From Parcubacteria group bacterium Greene0416_39 (lineage in GTDB: Bacteria; Patescibacteriota; Minisyncoccia; Minisyncoccales; UBA10102): 62,606 nt of DNA. The position numbers and the translations under genes are program-made. The stretch lies in the NCBI GenBank assembly GCA_007375675.1, contig VMEU01000004.1, positions 1 to 62,606 of the forward strand, read 5' to 3'. A model generated the notes under the pieces. It did no database searches, had not been told where the DNA came from, and worked only from the letters and a program-made list of their open reading frames with translations. Every line of letters starts with the position of its first letter. Positions within the stretch are counted from its first letter, which is position 1. Below, in pieces: positions 16,802 through 29,585 of this stretch.

Positions 16802-17639
16802 TTTCACGCAAATAATGACTTACGTGAGATGCGCAGAACACTATCTGTTTCGCTATGCCTTGGGCATTAAGAGGCCTCCTGGGAAGGCCATGAAGCACGG
16901 GTTTGCCCTGCATGAGACTTTTGCGTACCACTTTGACCAAAAAAAGAAAGATTCCAAGGGGTTGAAAGTCCGCGACGCAAAAGAATTTTTTGTGGAGGTG
17001 TTTCGCAACGCGTTGGAAGAGTATGAGGGTGAAATGGAGGAGACAAAATCTCTCGTCACAAAAGAATTCCTTTTAAAAGAAAAGGAAATTGACGTGAATG
17101 AGCTTGTTGCTATGGGCTTGCGGGGCATTGACGTGTATTTTAAGGAAATGAATCCCAAGATGTTTCCGGACTTGGTTGAAGAACCCTTTGCGATTCCCGC
17201 GGGAAACAGTCTCCAGCTTGTGGGGAAGATAGACATGACCGATAAAAAAGGCGTCATCCACGAGTTAAAGACCACTCGACGTATGCCAAACGCGCAAGAT
17301 ATTAATCTTGACCAGCAGCTCGCGATCTATCAGCTGGCATATCAAATGTTAAAGGGCAAGCCTGCCAAAGGCATTACCAAAGACTATATAGTATTTTCCA
17401 GGCGTGATGCTAAAATTGTGCAGTTTAAGATAGATAAGCCCTTTTTTGACAAGAATGTCGTATTTCGGAACATTGATACGATTATGGAGGCCGTGAGAAG
17501 GAATATATTCTATTGCATCCACCCTGCAGAATCCTGGGTATGTTCAAAAGAGTGGTGCGGGTACTACAAACTCCATGCAGAATTGAGAAAGGCGGGGTTT
17601 GCAAAATTCATGGTTCGGTATATGATACAGCAGAAATGA
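16782..17639 (+). CDS. PD-(D/E)XK nuclease, Cas4/RecB-like
   Basis: FTQIMTYVRCAEHYLF, GKIDMTDKKGVIHELKTT (D..E.K), and C-terminal CIHPAESWVCSKEWCGYY. It overlaps the LAGLIDADG gene by 20 nt. Confidence 0.7.
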   Translation: MQIKHTSFTQIMTYVRCAEHYLFRYALGIKRPPGKAMKHGFALHETFAYHFDQKKKDSKGLKVRDAKEFFVEVFRNALEEYEGEMEETKSLVTKEFLLKEKEIDVNELVAMGLRGIDVYFKEMNPKMFPDLVEEPFAIPAGNSLQLVGKIDMTDKKGVIHELKTTRRMPNAQDINLDQQLAIYQLAYQMLKGKPAKGITKDYIVFSRRDAKIVQFKIDKPFFDKNVVFRNIDTIMEAVRRNIFYCIHPAESWVCSKEWCGYYKLHAELRKAGFAKFMVRYMIQQK

Positions 17640-18352
17640 AAGAGCGCTATATTGTTATCTCTCTCGGGGGGTCTCTCATTGTGCCGCATCTTTCAGATGA
17701 AGGAGGGATTAATGTTCAGTTTCTAAGAAAATTCCGGGCGTTCATTTTGCAACAAATTCAAAAAGGAAGATATTTCATTATTGTGCCCGGGGGCGGGAAA
17801 ACCTGCAGGTTTTACCAACAGGCAGGTAGGAAGATTGTGCGAATGTCGAATGATGATTTAGACTGGATTGGCATTCATTCTACAAGGCTTAACGCTCAGC
17901 TTTTGCGGACAATTTTTGTAAAAGAAGCGCACTTGGCAGTGATTGATCACGATCCCTCAAAAAAAGAAGTGGAGCAATTGCACGGTACCGTAAAAAAAGT
18001 TTTTATTGCATCCGGATGGAGGCCGGGACAGTCAACCGACCATGTGGCGGTGCGGCTTGCGCAAAAATTCGGAGCGCGAGAAGTAATCAACGCAAGCAAC
18101 ATCTCTTTTGTTTTCAATAAGGATCCAAAAAAACATAAAGACGCAAAATCTATCCGTGAGATTGCTTGGAAAGAATATAGAAAGTTAATTCCTCTAAAGT
18201 GGACGCCAGGGCTTTCTTCTCCTTTTGATCCGGTAGCTGCAAAGCTCGCAGAGAAAATAAATCTAAAGGTAAAAATCCTGCGGGGCGAAGACCTTGAGAA
18301 TTTCAAAAAAGCCATCGAAGGAAAACCTTTTGAGGGTACCCTAATTTCATGA
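17636..18352 (+). CDS. pyrH: UMP kinase (archaeal-type amino-acid-kinase fold)
   Basis: ATGA overlap with the upstream stop. Contains IVISLGGSLIVP, IIVPGGGKTCR and GIHSTRLNAQLL. Confidence 0.75.
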   Translation: MKERYIVISLGGSLIVPHLSDEGGINVQFLRKFRAFILQQIQKGRYFIIVPGGGKTCRFYQQAGRKIVRMSNDDLDWIGIHSTRLNAQLLRTIFVKEAHLAVIDHDPSKKEVEQLHGTVKKVFIASGWRPGQSTDHVAVRLAQKFGAREVINASNISFVFNKDPKKHKDAKSIREIAWKEYRKLIPLKWTPGLSSPFDPVAAKLAEKINLKVKILRGEDLENFKKAIEGKPFEGTLIS

Positions 18353-19293
18353 AACTATCCGTCGGTATCGTGGGGCTGCCCAATGTGGGGAAATCCACGC
18401 TGTTTCAGGCGCTCACGAAAAAAGAGGTAAATATTGCCAACTATCCTTTTGCAACCATTGATCCCAACGTGGGCGTGGTTGAGGTGCCAGACGAGCGTGT
18501 GCAAAAGCTTAGTGAGGCATTTCATTCTGAAAAAACAATTCCAACGGTTGTTGAATTTGTTGACATTGCAGGTCTTGTGAAAGGGGCAAACAAGGGCGAA
18601 GGATTGGGCAATAAGTTCTTGGCAAGCATAAGAGAGGTAGCGGCAATTGTGCAGGTGGTGCGCGGTTTTGAAAATGCAGATATCATACATGTGGAAAAAA
18701 GCGTTGATCCCTTGCGTGACATAGATACCATAAATACCGAGCTTCAGCTCAAAGATCTTGAGACCACAGAAAAAGGGAGCGAGATACCCGAGACTCAGCT
18801 TTTGGCAAAGAAGCCATTGATCTATTTGCTCAATGCGGATCCCAAAGAAGTTGCTCAAGAACTTTTGCAGAAGGTTAAAAATTTGGGCCTGCCCGCACCT
18901 GAGGTGGGAGGTTCGGTTGTTGTCGCAAATCTCAAAGATGAGCTTGAAATGCAGCAGCTTTCAGAAGAGGAGAGAAAAGAATTCGGATTTGTTTCGCATC
19001 TGCCAGAGCTCATCGCCAAAGCATACGAGATTTTAAACCTCATCACATTTTTCACCACAGGGCCCGACGAAACAAGGGCTTGGACCATTAAAAAAGGAAG
19101 CACTGCGCCGCAGGCAGGCGGAGCCATCCACTCTGATTTTGAGAAGAATTTCATCAAAGCTGAGGTGATCCAATGGGGAAAACTCTTAGAAGCAGGGGAC
19201 TGGTCAAAAGCGGCATCGCTCGGCTGGATTCGTACCGAAGGCAAAGAGTACATAGTCCAAGACGGCGACGTGATTGAAATCAAGCACGGGTAA
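18349..19293 (+). CDS. ychF: Ribosome-binding ATPase YchF (short form)
   Basis: [19 protein letters not shown]-loop, DIAGLVKGA, and a C-terminal TGS-like region [40 protein letters not shown]. Confidence 0.9.
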   Translation: MKLSVGIVGLPNVGKSTLFQALTKKEVNIANYPFATIDPNVGVVEVPDERVQKLSEAFHSEKTIPTVVEFVDIAGLVKGANKGEGLGNKFLASIREVAAIVQVVRGFENADIIHVEKSVDPLRDIDTINTELQLKDLETTEKGSEIPETQLLAKKPLIYLLNADPKEVAQELLQKVKNLGLPAPEVGGSVVVANLKDELEMQQLSEEERKEFGFVSHLPELIAKAYEILNLITFFTTGPDETRAWTIKKGSTAPQAGGAIHSDFEKNFIKAEVIQWGKLLEAGDWSKAASLGWIRTEGKEYIVQDGDVIEIKHG

Positions 19294-19302
19294 TAGTACA
19301 AT
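19274..19302 (+). promoter_or_regulatory. Promoter TTGAAA-17-TACAAT, 6 nt upstream of ATG 19309
   Basis: Hexamers at 19274-19279 and 19297-19302, located inside the end of ychF. Confidence 0.45.
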
Positions 19303-19308
19303 CTTTTC

Positions 19309-20076
19309 ATGAGAGTAACTCCCGTGAAGACCCATAAGATAATTCCGGGCAAAGACAGGGATATCTTTGCCGTCTTAGACAAGTATCTTCCTCTTCTCAA
19401 AGAGAGGACTGTTGTTGCCGTTACGTCAAAAATAGTGGCTATATGCGAAGGGAGGGTAGTTCCGATCCCCAAAAACGAGAAAGAAAAGGAAAAACTCAAA
19501 GACGCGCTGATTATCAAAGAGGCAGAACTGTATTTGCCCCGTTCTTCCAGCAGATACAATGTGCTGCTTACGGTTAAGGGAAGTTCCATTATCTTTTCTT
19601 CCGGGGTGGATGAGTCTAACGCAAGAGGATACTTTGTGTTATGGCCCAAAGATCCGCAGAAATCTGCAAATGCAATACGAGAGCATTTAGCGCAAAAATA
19701 TAAAAAGAAACATCTCGGCGTTATCATTACAGATACTACTTCTGTCCCTTTGAGGTGGGGCCAAAGGGGAGTATTTGTGCTGGCGCATAGCGGATTTTCT
19801 GCGCTCAACAGCTATATTGGCAAGCCCGATATTTTTGGTAGAAAGCTTAAAATGACATCAGCCGCTATTGCTGATGCACTAGGCACCGCAGCGGTACTTG
19901 TCATGGGAGAAGGGGCAGAGCAAACACCGCTCGCCGTGATAGAAGGTATTGCCTTTGTAAAGTTTCAGGAGCGTAATCCAACCAAAAGAGAACTAAAAAA
20001 ACTGCGCATGCCACTCGCCGATGATCTTTACGCCCCTTTGCTCAAAGCAGTAAAGTGGAGAAAAGGCGGATCATGA
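19309..20076 (+). CDS. CofE-like (F420-0:gamma-glutamyl ligase family) protein
   Basis: SKIVAICEGRVV and GVIITDTTSVPLRWGQRGVFVLAHSG resemble the PF01996-type ligase fold. Family assignment is from memory. Confidence 0.6.
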   Translation: MRVTPVKTHKIIPGKDRDIFAVLDKYLPLLKERTVVAVTSKIVAICEGRVVPIPKNEKEKEKLKDALIIKEAELYLPRSSSRYNVLLTVKGSSIIFSSGVDESNARGYFVLWPKDPQKSANAIREHLAQKYKKKHLGVIITDTTSVPLRWGQRGVFVLAHSGFSALNSYIGKPDIFGRKLKMTSAAIADALGTAAVLVMGEGAEQTPLAVIEGIAFVKFQERNPTKRELKKLRMPLADDLYAPLLKAVKWRKGGS

Positions 20077-20104
20077 TATATAATAGAGGGTAAGGAGGTG
20101 GGAT

Positions 20105-20311
20105 ATGTACTATCCTGCACAACGCAAACCCTTCACCGTTTTCTATCATAGAAAGCCCTGTAAAGGCGTGGCAGAAACAATGAACTGCCAAGACTGGCTC
20201 TGCACATCCTGTGGGGCTGAAGGGCATTTCTGGAGTTTAGGAGATGAGATATTCGAAATGGTTATCCCTACATGGTTTGTGAGGAATCCCGATGACATCC
20301 TCCAGGCCTAA
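20105..20311 (+). CDS. Small Cys-containing protein (hypothetical)
   Basis: Strong SD (TAAGGAGGTG, 5 nt before the ATG), a CKG...C...CTSCG pattern, and a terminator-like hairpin downstream. Confidence 0.5.
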   Translation: MYYPAQRKPFTVFYHRKPCKGVAETMNCQDWLCTSCGAEGHFWSLGDEIFEMVIPTWFVRNPDDILQA

Positions 20312-20331
20312 CGAGAATACCCTTCCAAGCT

Positions 20332-20370
20332 AAAGCCGCCTAGTAGGAAACGAACAGCGGCTTTCAATTT
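20332..20370 (+). terminator. Terminator-like hairpin
   Basis: AAAGCCGC-17 nt-GCGGCTTT followed by CAATTTCTT. Confidence 0.45.
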
Positions 20371-20380
20371 CTTCGCACAT

Positions 20381-20389
20381 TGGTAGAAT
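20381..20389 (+). promoter_or_regulatory. Extended -10 box TGgTAGAAT, 8 nt upstream of ATG 20398
   Basis: TAGAAT at 20384-20389. Confidence 0.4.
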
Positions 20390-20397
20390 AAAAGAAA

Positions 20398-20778
20398 ATG
20401 AGCAAGAAACGAGTTGTCGTTTTCGGTATATTTGACGGGGTGCACGAAGGGCACCGCGATTTTTTTAGGCAGGCGCGCCAGTACGGAGACGAACTTATTG
20501 TGATAGTGGGTCGCGACGAAATTTGCCGCAAACTCAAAAATAAAACTCCCAAATACTCTGAAGAAGAACGTTGTGAGTTGGTATCGCAAGAACCACTCGT
20601 AGATAAAGCATTGCTCGGCGACCAAGAGCTCTCAACGTATCAAGTTCTCGAAGAGTTGAAACCGGATGTGATTTGTTTTGGATATGACCAAGACGCTTTA
20701 GAAAAAGACGTGCAGGCATGGCTTTTAAACAACAAGCATACGGTAAAAACATACCATCTCCGCTACTTCTCTCGCTAA
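20398..20778 (+). CDS. Cytidylyltransferase-like nucleotidyltransferase (FAD synthase/RibL-like)
   Basis: VVVFGIFDGVHEGHRDFF contains the (H/T)xGH motif. Length is 126 aa. Confidence 0.7.
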   Translation: MSKKRVVVFGIFDGVHEGHRDFFRQARQYGDELIVIVGRDEICRKLKNKTPKYSEEERCELVSQEPLVDKALLGDQELSTYQVLEELKPDVICFGYDQDALEKDVQAWLLNNKHTVKTYHLRYFSR

Positions 20779-20787
20779 CCTTTTTCG

Positions 20788-20816
20788 TTGACAGATTTTC
20801 TTTTTGGGACTATACT
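20788..20816 (+). promoter_or_regulatory. atp operon promoter TTGACA-17-TATACT
   Basis: Hexamers at 20788-20793 and 20811-20816. atpB ATG is 11 nt downstream. Confidence 0.55.
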
Positions 20817-20827
20817 AAAATGTCACC

Positions 20828-21571
20828 ATGGAAATTAGCTTGAAGCCAGAAATCATAACGTCGTTCCTTGGAATTCCTATTTCCAATAGTTTAATACTTT
20901 CTCTCATAAGCGCTTTCTTGCTTGTGGCAGGCGGTTTTGTTGCGGTAAGGTCTTTGCAGATTGTGCCCCGTAAGGTTCAGAATGGAGCTGAAATGATCTT
21001 GGAAAGCCTTTTGAGTTTTATGGCAGGAGCTTTGGGAAGTGTGGAGAGGGCAAAAACTTTCTTCCCCCTTGTTGCCTCTATTTTTCTGTTCATTCTTTTC
21101 AACAACTGGCTCGGAGTTCTCCCAGGAACCGGGTCTCTGGGCGTTACAGAACTTCATCAAGGGAAAGAAGTTTTTGTCCCCTTTTTCCGTTCTGCCAACA
21201 GCGACTTAAATACCACTCTTGCCCTGGCTTTAATTTCCGTTCTTGCTATTCAGTTTTACGGCATCAGGAAATTAGGGTTCTTCTCGCATTTGTCAAAGTT
21301 CTTTGCTTTTCACAAAGGGCCTCTGCAGGCATTTGTGGGGCTGCTTGAATTGATTGGAGAGTTTGCAAAAGTACTGTCTTTTTCCTTCAGGTTATTCGGC
21401 AATATCTTTGCAGGAGAAGTGTTGCTTCTTATTGTGATGATGCTTGTTCCTTTGCTTGCCCCTTTCCCTTTTATTCTTCTGGAATTCTTCGTGGGCTTTA
21501 TCCAGGCGCTCGTTTTTGCTATGCTTACGTTGATATTCCTCAAGGTCGCAACCGAAACGGTCGAGCATTAA
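20828..21571 (+). CDS. atpB: F0F1 ATP synthase subunit a
   Basis: Multi-pass membrane protein with FSFRLFGNIFAGE (conserved Arg helix). First gene of the atp operon. Confidence 0.92.
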   Translation: MEISLKPEIITSFLGIPISNSLILSLISAFLLVAGGFVAVRSLQIVPRKVQNGAEMILESLLSFMAGALGSVERAKTFFPLVASIFLFILFNNWLGVLPGTGSLGVTELHQGKEVFVPFFRSANSDLNTTLALALISVLAIQFYGIRKLGFFSHLSKFFAFHKGPLQAFVGLLELIGEFAKVLSFSFRLFGNIFAGEVLLLIVMMLVPLLAPFPFILLEFFVGFIQALVFAMLTLIFLKVATETVEH

Positions 21572-21881
<310 letters not shown>

Positions 21882-21882
<1 letters not shown>

Positions 21883-22379
21883 TGCAAGAACTATTTAACA
21901 ACCTTGGTATTAACTGGAAACTGCTGTTTGCGCAGGCAGCAAATTTTCTTTTGGTGCTCTGGGTTTTCAAGCGCTACGTGTTTCCTCGGCTGTTTGCATT
22001 CATGGAGCAGAGGAAAAAGCGCATTGAACAAGGCCTTGAGTTCAGAGATAAAGTGGAGCAGGAACTCACGAGAATTAGGGAAGCCAGGCACAGAGAGATT
22101 GAAAACGCAAAACAACAAGGAGAAGTACTGCTTGCAGAGAGCAAAAACGTAGCTCAAGCAAAGACAAGAGAAGCGTTGCTTTTTGCAAAAGCAGAGGCAG
22201 AGAAGCTTATGGCAGCAGCTCAAGTACAAGGCAAGAGAGAAAAAGAAGATATGATACAAGGGGCAAGAGACGAAATAGCGAAAGCCTCTCTTTTCGTCAC
22301 AGAGAAACTTCTTGCCAAGAACCTTACTCAAAAAGACCAAGAGCGCCTTCTGAAAGAAGCCATGAATTACATTTCTTAA
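21882..22379 (+). CDS. atpF: F0F1 ATP synthase subunit b
   Basis: N-terminal TM helix followed by a long charged coiled coil. Position within the operon supports the call. Confidence 0.85.
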
Positions 22380-22382
22380 CAA

Positions 22383-22772
22383 ATGCAAAACAAAGTGAGA
22401 ATATATGGCGAAGTTCTAAAGGAAGTTCTAGAAAAGATACCCGAACAAAAGTACAGATCTGTGTTCCAGAACTTCAAGAATCTTCTCAAGAAAAGAGGAG
22501 ATTTGAGATTGTTGAGCAAAGCTGTTCAAGAATTTAAAACCGTATGGGAGAATCGCAAAGGCAAGAAGGGAACCGTTGTCTTTGCAAAAACCCCGTCTGG
22601 CGCAATGAGAAAGACTGTTGCAAAAGCTTTGAAGCGTAAAGGATTTATATATGAAGAAAAGATAGACCCTCGTCTTGTAGGAGGAGCTGAGATTTTTTTG
22701 GGAAACGACTATTTAATTGATAATAGTATCCAGGGGAAATTGGCTAGCATAGCGAAGCTAGTATCAGCGTAA
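22383..22772 (+). CDS. atpH: F0F1 ATP synthase subunit delta (short, 129 aa)
   Basis: Operon position and a C-terminal [26 protein letters not shown]-like motif. Confidence 0.7.
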   Translation: MQNKVRIYGEVLKEVLEKIPEQKYRSVFQNFKNLLKKRGDLRLLSKAVQEFKTVWENRKGKKGTVVFAKTPSGAMRKTVAKALKRKGFIYEEKIDPRLVGGAEIFLGNDYLIDNSIQGKLASIAKLVSA

Positions 22773-22816
22773 ATCAGCAGGCAATCAGTAAATATCAGCG
22801 GTTTGCAACAGCAAAC

Positions 22817-24308
22817 ATGGCTAAAGAATACATAGTTGACATTTTAAAAAAAGAACTGGAGGGTGTTGACCTATCTCCAAAAGCACAAGAGATAGGGAAG
22901 GTTGTAAGCGTGGGAGATGGTATTGTTCAGATTGAAGGGCTTGCCAACGTAGTGGCCTCTGAAATGGTGGATATTAACGGGGTTTCCGCCCTTGTGTTGA
23001 ACTTGGAAGAATACACGGTTGGGGCCGTACTATTAGGAGACGATACTTTTGTGAAAGAAGGAGATTTGGTAAAGAGAACGGGCAAGATTCTTTCTGTTCC
23101 AGTGGGAGAGGCATTGCTGGGAAGGGTTGTGAACTCTCTGGGCGTGCCTTTAGACGGAAAAGGAAGCCTAGACAAAGAAGATCTTTTCTTCCTGCCTATT
23201 GAGCGGCCTGCTCCAGGGGTTATTGATCGAGAATCGGTGAACACTCCTTTGGCAACAGGTATCAAAGTCATTGACGCCACGATTCCCATTGGCCGAGGCC
23301 AGAGAGAACTCATTATTGGAGACAGGCAGGTTGGGAAAACCGCGCTCGTGTTAGACACAATTCTCAACCAGCTCAACGAACCCAAAGACAAAAGGCCTTT
23401 GTGCGTGTACGTTGCCATTGGCCAAAAGTCTTCTAAGGTTGCCCAACTAGTGAAAGAACTTGAAGACCGGGGAGCAATGGAATACACCATAGTTGTTGTA
23501 GCAGGAGCTTCAGATCCTGTGCCTTTGTGGTACATAGCTCCCTTTACAGGGTGCACCATGGGAGAATATTTCCGTGACAAAGGCAAAGATGCCCTTGTCA
23601 TTTATGACGACCTTTCCAAGCACGCCTGGGCATGGCGCCAAATAGCGCTTTTATTAAGAAGGCCGCCTGGCAGGGAAGCGTACCCAGGAGATATCTTTTA
23701 TCTTCATTCAAGACTGCTGGAGAGAGCTGCAAAGCTTGGGAAGGAAAAGGGAGGAGGTTCTCTGACTGCCCTTCCCATCGTGGAGACTCAGCTTGGAGAT
23801 GTTTCTTCGTACATTCCAACGAATGTCATCTCTATTACCGACGGGCAGATTTATCTTGAAACAGATCTGTTTAGCAAAGGGCAAAGGCCCGCCCTGAACA
23901 TTGGGTTATCGGTGTCTCGCGTGGGATCTGCGGCGCAGACCAAGGCAATGAAAAAGGTTGCCTCCAAACTGAAATTAGAATTGGCGCAATACCAAGAATT
24001 AGCCGCGTTTGTGCAATTTTCCCAGGATTTGGATGAGGCAACCAAAAAACGCATTGAGAGGGGAGCGCGTCTCACCGAAATTTTAAAGCAAGACCAGTAC
24101 AAAGTGCTCAAAATGGAGGAGCAGGTGTGCGTGTTGTTTGCAGGTATTGGGGGCTACCTTGATGGTATTGCCGAAGATAAGGTGAAAGAATGGGAAACAA
24201 AGTTTTTGGAAAAACTCCAAGACAGCCACGAGGATATCTTGCATACAATACGCGACACGAAAGATCTTGACGAGGCAACGCAAGAAAAACTCAAGAAGAT
24301 TCTCGACC

Positions 24309-24319
<11 letters not shown>
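22817..24319 (+). CDS. atpA: F0F1 ATP synthase subunit alpha
   Basis: [16 protein letters not shown]-loop and other typical alpha-subunit motifs. Confidence 0.95.
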
Positions 24320-26849
<2,530 letters not shown>

Positions 26850-26852
26850 AGC

Positions 26853-27254
26853 ATGGAACCAACGCACTCCTGCAAGGCTCTTGTTCTCCACTGCATTGAT
26901 TTTCGGTTTCAAGAGCAGATTTCAGAATTTCTGGGAAAGAAGTTTCCCCAAAGTTATGACCGTGTAGTTTTGGCTGGAGGAGTAAAGGAGCTTTTAGAGA
27001 ATGGAGAAAGGAGCATAACTTTAAAGAATTTGGAGATTTCTTCGCGACTGCACCAACCCAAAATTATTGTCCTTATCCAGCACGAAGACTGCGGAGCGTA
27101 TGGAGGGAGCAAGGCATTCGGAGACTTTTTCAAAGAGCAGGAGTTCCAAAACTCAGAACTTAAAAAGGCAGAAGCCCTGCTCAAACAGCAATTTTCTCAG
27201 CCCGTAGAAAAATACCTCGTCCGCCTTTCAGGAGAAATCACTTCTCTTTTTTGA
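26853..27254 (+). CDS. Small beta-carbonic-anhydrase-like protein (putative)
   Basis: CIDFR (CxDxR) and HEDCG (HxxC) spacing resembles beta-CA zinc ligands. Only 133 aa. Confidence 0.4.
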   Translation: MEPTHSCKALVLHCIDFRFQEQISEFLGKKFPQSYDRVVLAGGVKELLENGERSITLKNLEISSRLHQPKIIVLIQHEDCGAYGGSKAFGDFFKEQEFQNSELKKAEALLKQQFSQPVEKYLVRLSGEITSLF

Positions 27255-27260
27255 AACGTG

Positions 27261-27269
27261 TGATATACT
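27261..27269 (+). promoter_or_regulatory. Extended -10 box TGaTATACT, 6 nt upstream of grx ATG
   Basis: TATACT at 27264-27269 and ATG at 27276. Confidence 0.4.
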
Positions 27270-27275
27270 AAAATT

Positions 27276-27512
27276 ATGGCAAACGTAATTATTTATACAA
27301 CACCTACGTGCGTGTACTGCAAGGCAGCAAAAGAGTTTTTCAAGGAGCACAATGTCTCGTATGAGGAGAAAGACGTTGCAAAAGACGAGCAGGCGCGAGA
27401 AACCATGGTGAAGAAATCCGGGATGATGGCAGTTCCCGTCATAGACATTAATGGGAAAATTATCATTGGGTTTGACAGGGCAAAGGTATCGCAACTACTT
27501 GGGATAAAGTAA
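27276..27512 (+). CDS. Glutaredoxin-like protein (NrdH/YruB type)
   Basis: IYTTPTCVYCKAAKEFF contains CxxC, plus ...VPVIDINGKIIIGFD. Confidence 0.85.
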   Translation: MANVIIYTTPTCVYCKAAKEFFKEHNVSYEEKDVAKDEQARETMVKKSGMMAVPVIDINGKIIIGFDRAKVSQLLGIK

Positions 27513-27515
27513 AGA

Positions 27516-28652
27516 ATGCAAGAATTATACGATCAATGGGGGCCAGAGTATGTGGTCAAGGTGTATAAACCAGAGATAGGACTGGTTGGTTTTTTAGTTA
27601 TTGATAATACCGTGTTGGGACCTGGGAAAGGAGGCATTCGCATGACTCCAGACGTGACAGAGGAAGAAGTGAGGAGGTTAGCTAGAGCAATGACGTGGAA
27701 GAACGCTTTGGCCGGTATTCCTTTTGGAGGAGCAAAAGCAGGTATTGTATGGGAAGGCGGTTCAGAACAACAAAAGAAGTTATGCGTTCAGGAATTTGCC
27801 CGTGCTATAAAAATTTTTACCCCAAGGAAATACATTGCAGGGCCCGACGTGAATACCGGAGAAAAAGAAATGCAATGGTTTGTGGAAGAAACGGGAAACT
27901 GGAATTCAGCCACAGGGAAACCTGCAAATTTTTGCATACCTACATTTGGCAAGAAAGGAGAAAAATGCGGCATTCCCCATGAGTTTGGGAGTACCGGGTT
28001 TGGAGTAGCTCACTCCGCAAAAATTGCTGCCAGCATGGTTGGGCTTCCTATGAGAGGAGCAACCGTTGCCATTCACGGATTTGGTAATGTGGGAAGCTTT
28101 GCCGCAAAATACCTTGCTGAAATGGGGGCTATCATTGTTGCCTTGGCAGACAAGGAGGGAGCCATTTTCAGAAAAGAGGGCTTGGGTCAAAAAGAACTGA
28201 AAATTCTTTCTTTACAGCGAAAGTCTGTGGTTGCGTATCAAGGAGCAAAAAAGATTCGTTCTGAGGACTTTTGGAAGATTCCCGTTGATATTCTTATTCC
28301 TGCTTCCGTAACTGATGTCATTAATGAAAAAAACAAAAAGAGCATTCATGCGAGAATGATTGTGGAAGGCGCGAATATTCCCCTGTCTGAAAAAATTGAG
28401 GCTGAGCTGTGGAGGAAAGGCGTTGTGGTTGTACCGGATATTGTTGCAAACGCAGGCGGAGTCATCAGCTCATACGCAGAGTACCGAGGATATAATCCAA
28501 AGCGTATGTTTGAAATTGTGCAAAAAAAGATTGAAGAAAGCACGAGAAAGGTTATGGCAAGAAGCCTCAAAGAAAAAAAGAATCCGCGCGATATTGCAAT
28601 GCAAATTGCCAAAGAGCGAGTTCAACGCGCAATGGGAAAGCGTTATACGTAA
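27516..28652 (+). CDS. gdh: Glu/Leu/Phe/Val dehydrogenase (glutamate dehydrogenase-like)
   Basis: GPGKGGIRM, GGAKAG and IHGFGNVGS Rossmann motif. Confidence 0.9.
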   Translation: MQELYDQWGPEYVVKVYKPEIGLVGFLVIDNTVLGPGKGGIRMTPDVTEEEVRRLARAMTWKNALAGIPFGGAKAGIVWEGGSEQQKKLCVQEFARAIKIFTPRKYIAGPDVNTGEKEMQWFVEETGNWNSATGKPANFCIPTFGKKGEKCGIPHEFGSTGFGVAHSAKIAASMVGLPMRGATVAIHGFGNVGSFAAKYLAEMGAIIVALADKEGAIFRKEGLGQKELKILSLQRKSVVAYQGAKKIRSEDFWKIPVDILIPASVTDVINEKNKKSIHARMIVEGANIPLSEKIEAELWRKGVVVVPDIVANAGGVISSYAEYRGYNPKRMFEIVQKKIEESTRKVMARSLKEKKNPRDIAMQIAKERVQRAMGKRYT

Positions 28653-28655
28653 CCT

Positions 28656-29585
28656 ATGCCATACGATCTTGTTATTGTGGGCTCTGGAGCCGCCGGCTTA
28701 GCTGCCGGGCTCTACGCGAGAAGGTACCAAATGAAAACCCTTGTTTTTACAGGGGAGTTTGGGGGTGAAACCGCAACCGCAGGGAAAATAGAAAACTATC
28801 CTGGCATTCTTTCTATTGACGGTTATGACCTCATGAAAACCATGAAAGGGCAGGTGGAAACTATTGGAGGAGAGGTGAGAGAGGGCTGGGTAAAAGAAAT
28901 CAAAAAACAAGGACAATTTTTTTCTTTAACAACCGATACGGATACGGTTCAGGCCTTTACAGTGATTCTTGCAATCGGAGCAAAACGGCGGCACTTGGGC
29001 CTCTCAAACGAAAAAGAGTTAACCGGCAGGGGAGTTCACTATTGCACCACGTGTGACGGCCCATTATACGGAGGGAAAACCATCGCAATGGTGGGAGGAG
29101 GGGATTCGTCGGTAAAGGGAGTGAACTTTCTTGGAGAATATGCAAAGAAAATCTTTTTCATTGTGCGGGGCAAAGAAGTGGTTGCAGAACCTATCAACAT
29201 GGAACAGATGAAAAAACTTGGAGATAAAGTGGAGGTTCTTCTGGAAACAGAGGTAAAGGAAATTATCGGGGAGCAAAAACTTGAGAAAATCATTCTTTCC
29301 AAGCCCCATCAAGGGTTAAGCGAGCTTGCTCTTGACGGTTTGTTTGTTGAAATTGGGTTTGACCCTGACCAGACTTTTACAAAACAGCTGGGCCTAGAAA
29401 CAGACTCTCACGGGTATCTTACAGTAGACAATCTCATGAGAACAAATATTCCAGGGGTGTTTGGAGGAGGAGATGCCACTAACTTTTTTGGAAGATTCAA
29501 ACAAGACATTACTGCCGCGGCTTTGGGCTCGGTGGCGGCAACCTCTGCTTACGAGTACTACAAAACTTTAGACATCAAAAAATGA
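28656..29585 (+). CDS. trxB: Thioredoxin-disulfide reductase
   Basis: VIVGSGAAGLAAGLY FAD site, CTTCDG redox centre, and GGGDSS NADPH site. Confidence 0.92.
   Translation: MPYDLVIVGSGAAGLAAGLYARRYQMKTLVFTGEFGGETATAGKIENYPGILSIDGYDLMKTMKGQVETIGGEVREGWVKEIKKQGQFFSLTTDTDTVQAFTVILAIGAKRRHLGLSNEKELTGRGVHYCTTCDGPLYGGKTIAMVGGGDSSVKGVNFLGEYAKKIFFIVRGKEVVAEPINMEQMKKLGDKVEVLLETEVKEIIGEQKLEKIILSKPHQGLSELALDGLFVEIGFDPDQTFTKQLGLETDSHGYLTVDNLMRTNIPGVFGGGDATNFFGRFKQDITAAALGSVAATSAYEYYKTLDIKK

Noticed and set aside
22773-22816. Fourfold ATCAG(C/T) repetition in the atpH-atpA spacer.
   Set aside because: It is very short and low-information, compatible with chance. No structure or known motif could be associated with it.
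22927-23601. Long antisense ORFs inside well-supported genes. Examples are 22927-23601(-) in atpA, 40797-41507(-) in tuf, 18855-19808(-) across ychF and the cofE-like gene, and 9683-10126(-) and 10002-10520(-) in the Cys-repeat gene.
   Set aside because: These are shadow ORFs opposite strongly recognisable CDSs. Their composition is low-complexity, they lack start context, and they have no recognisable motifs.
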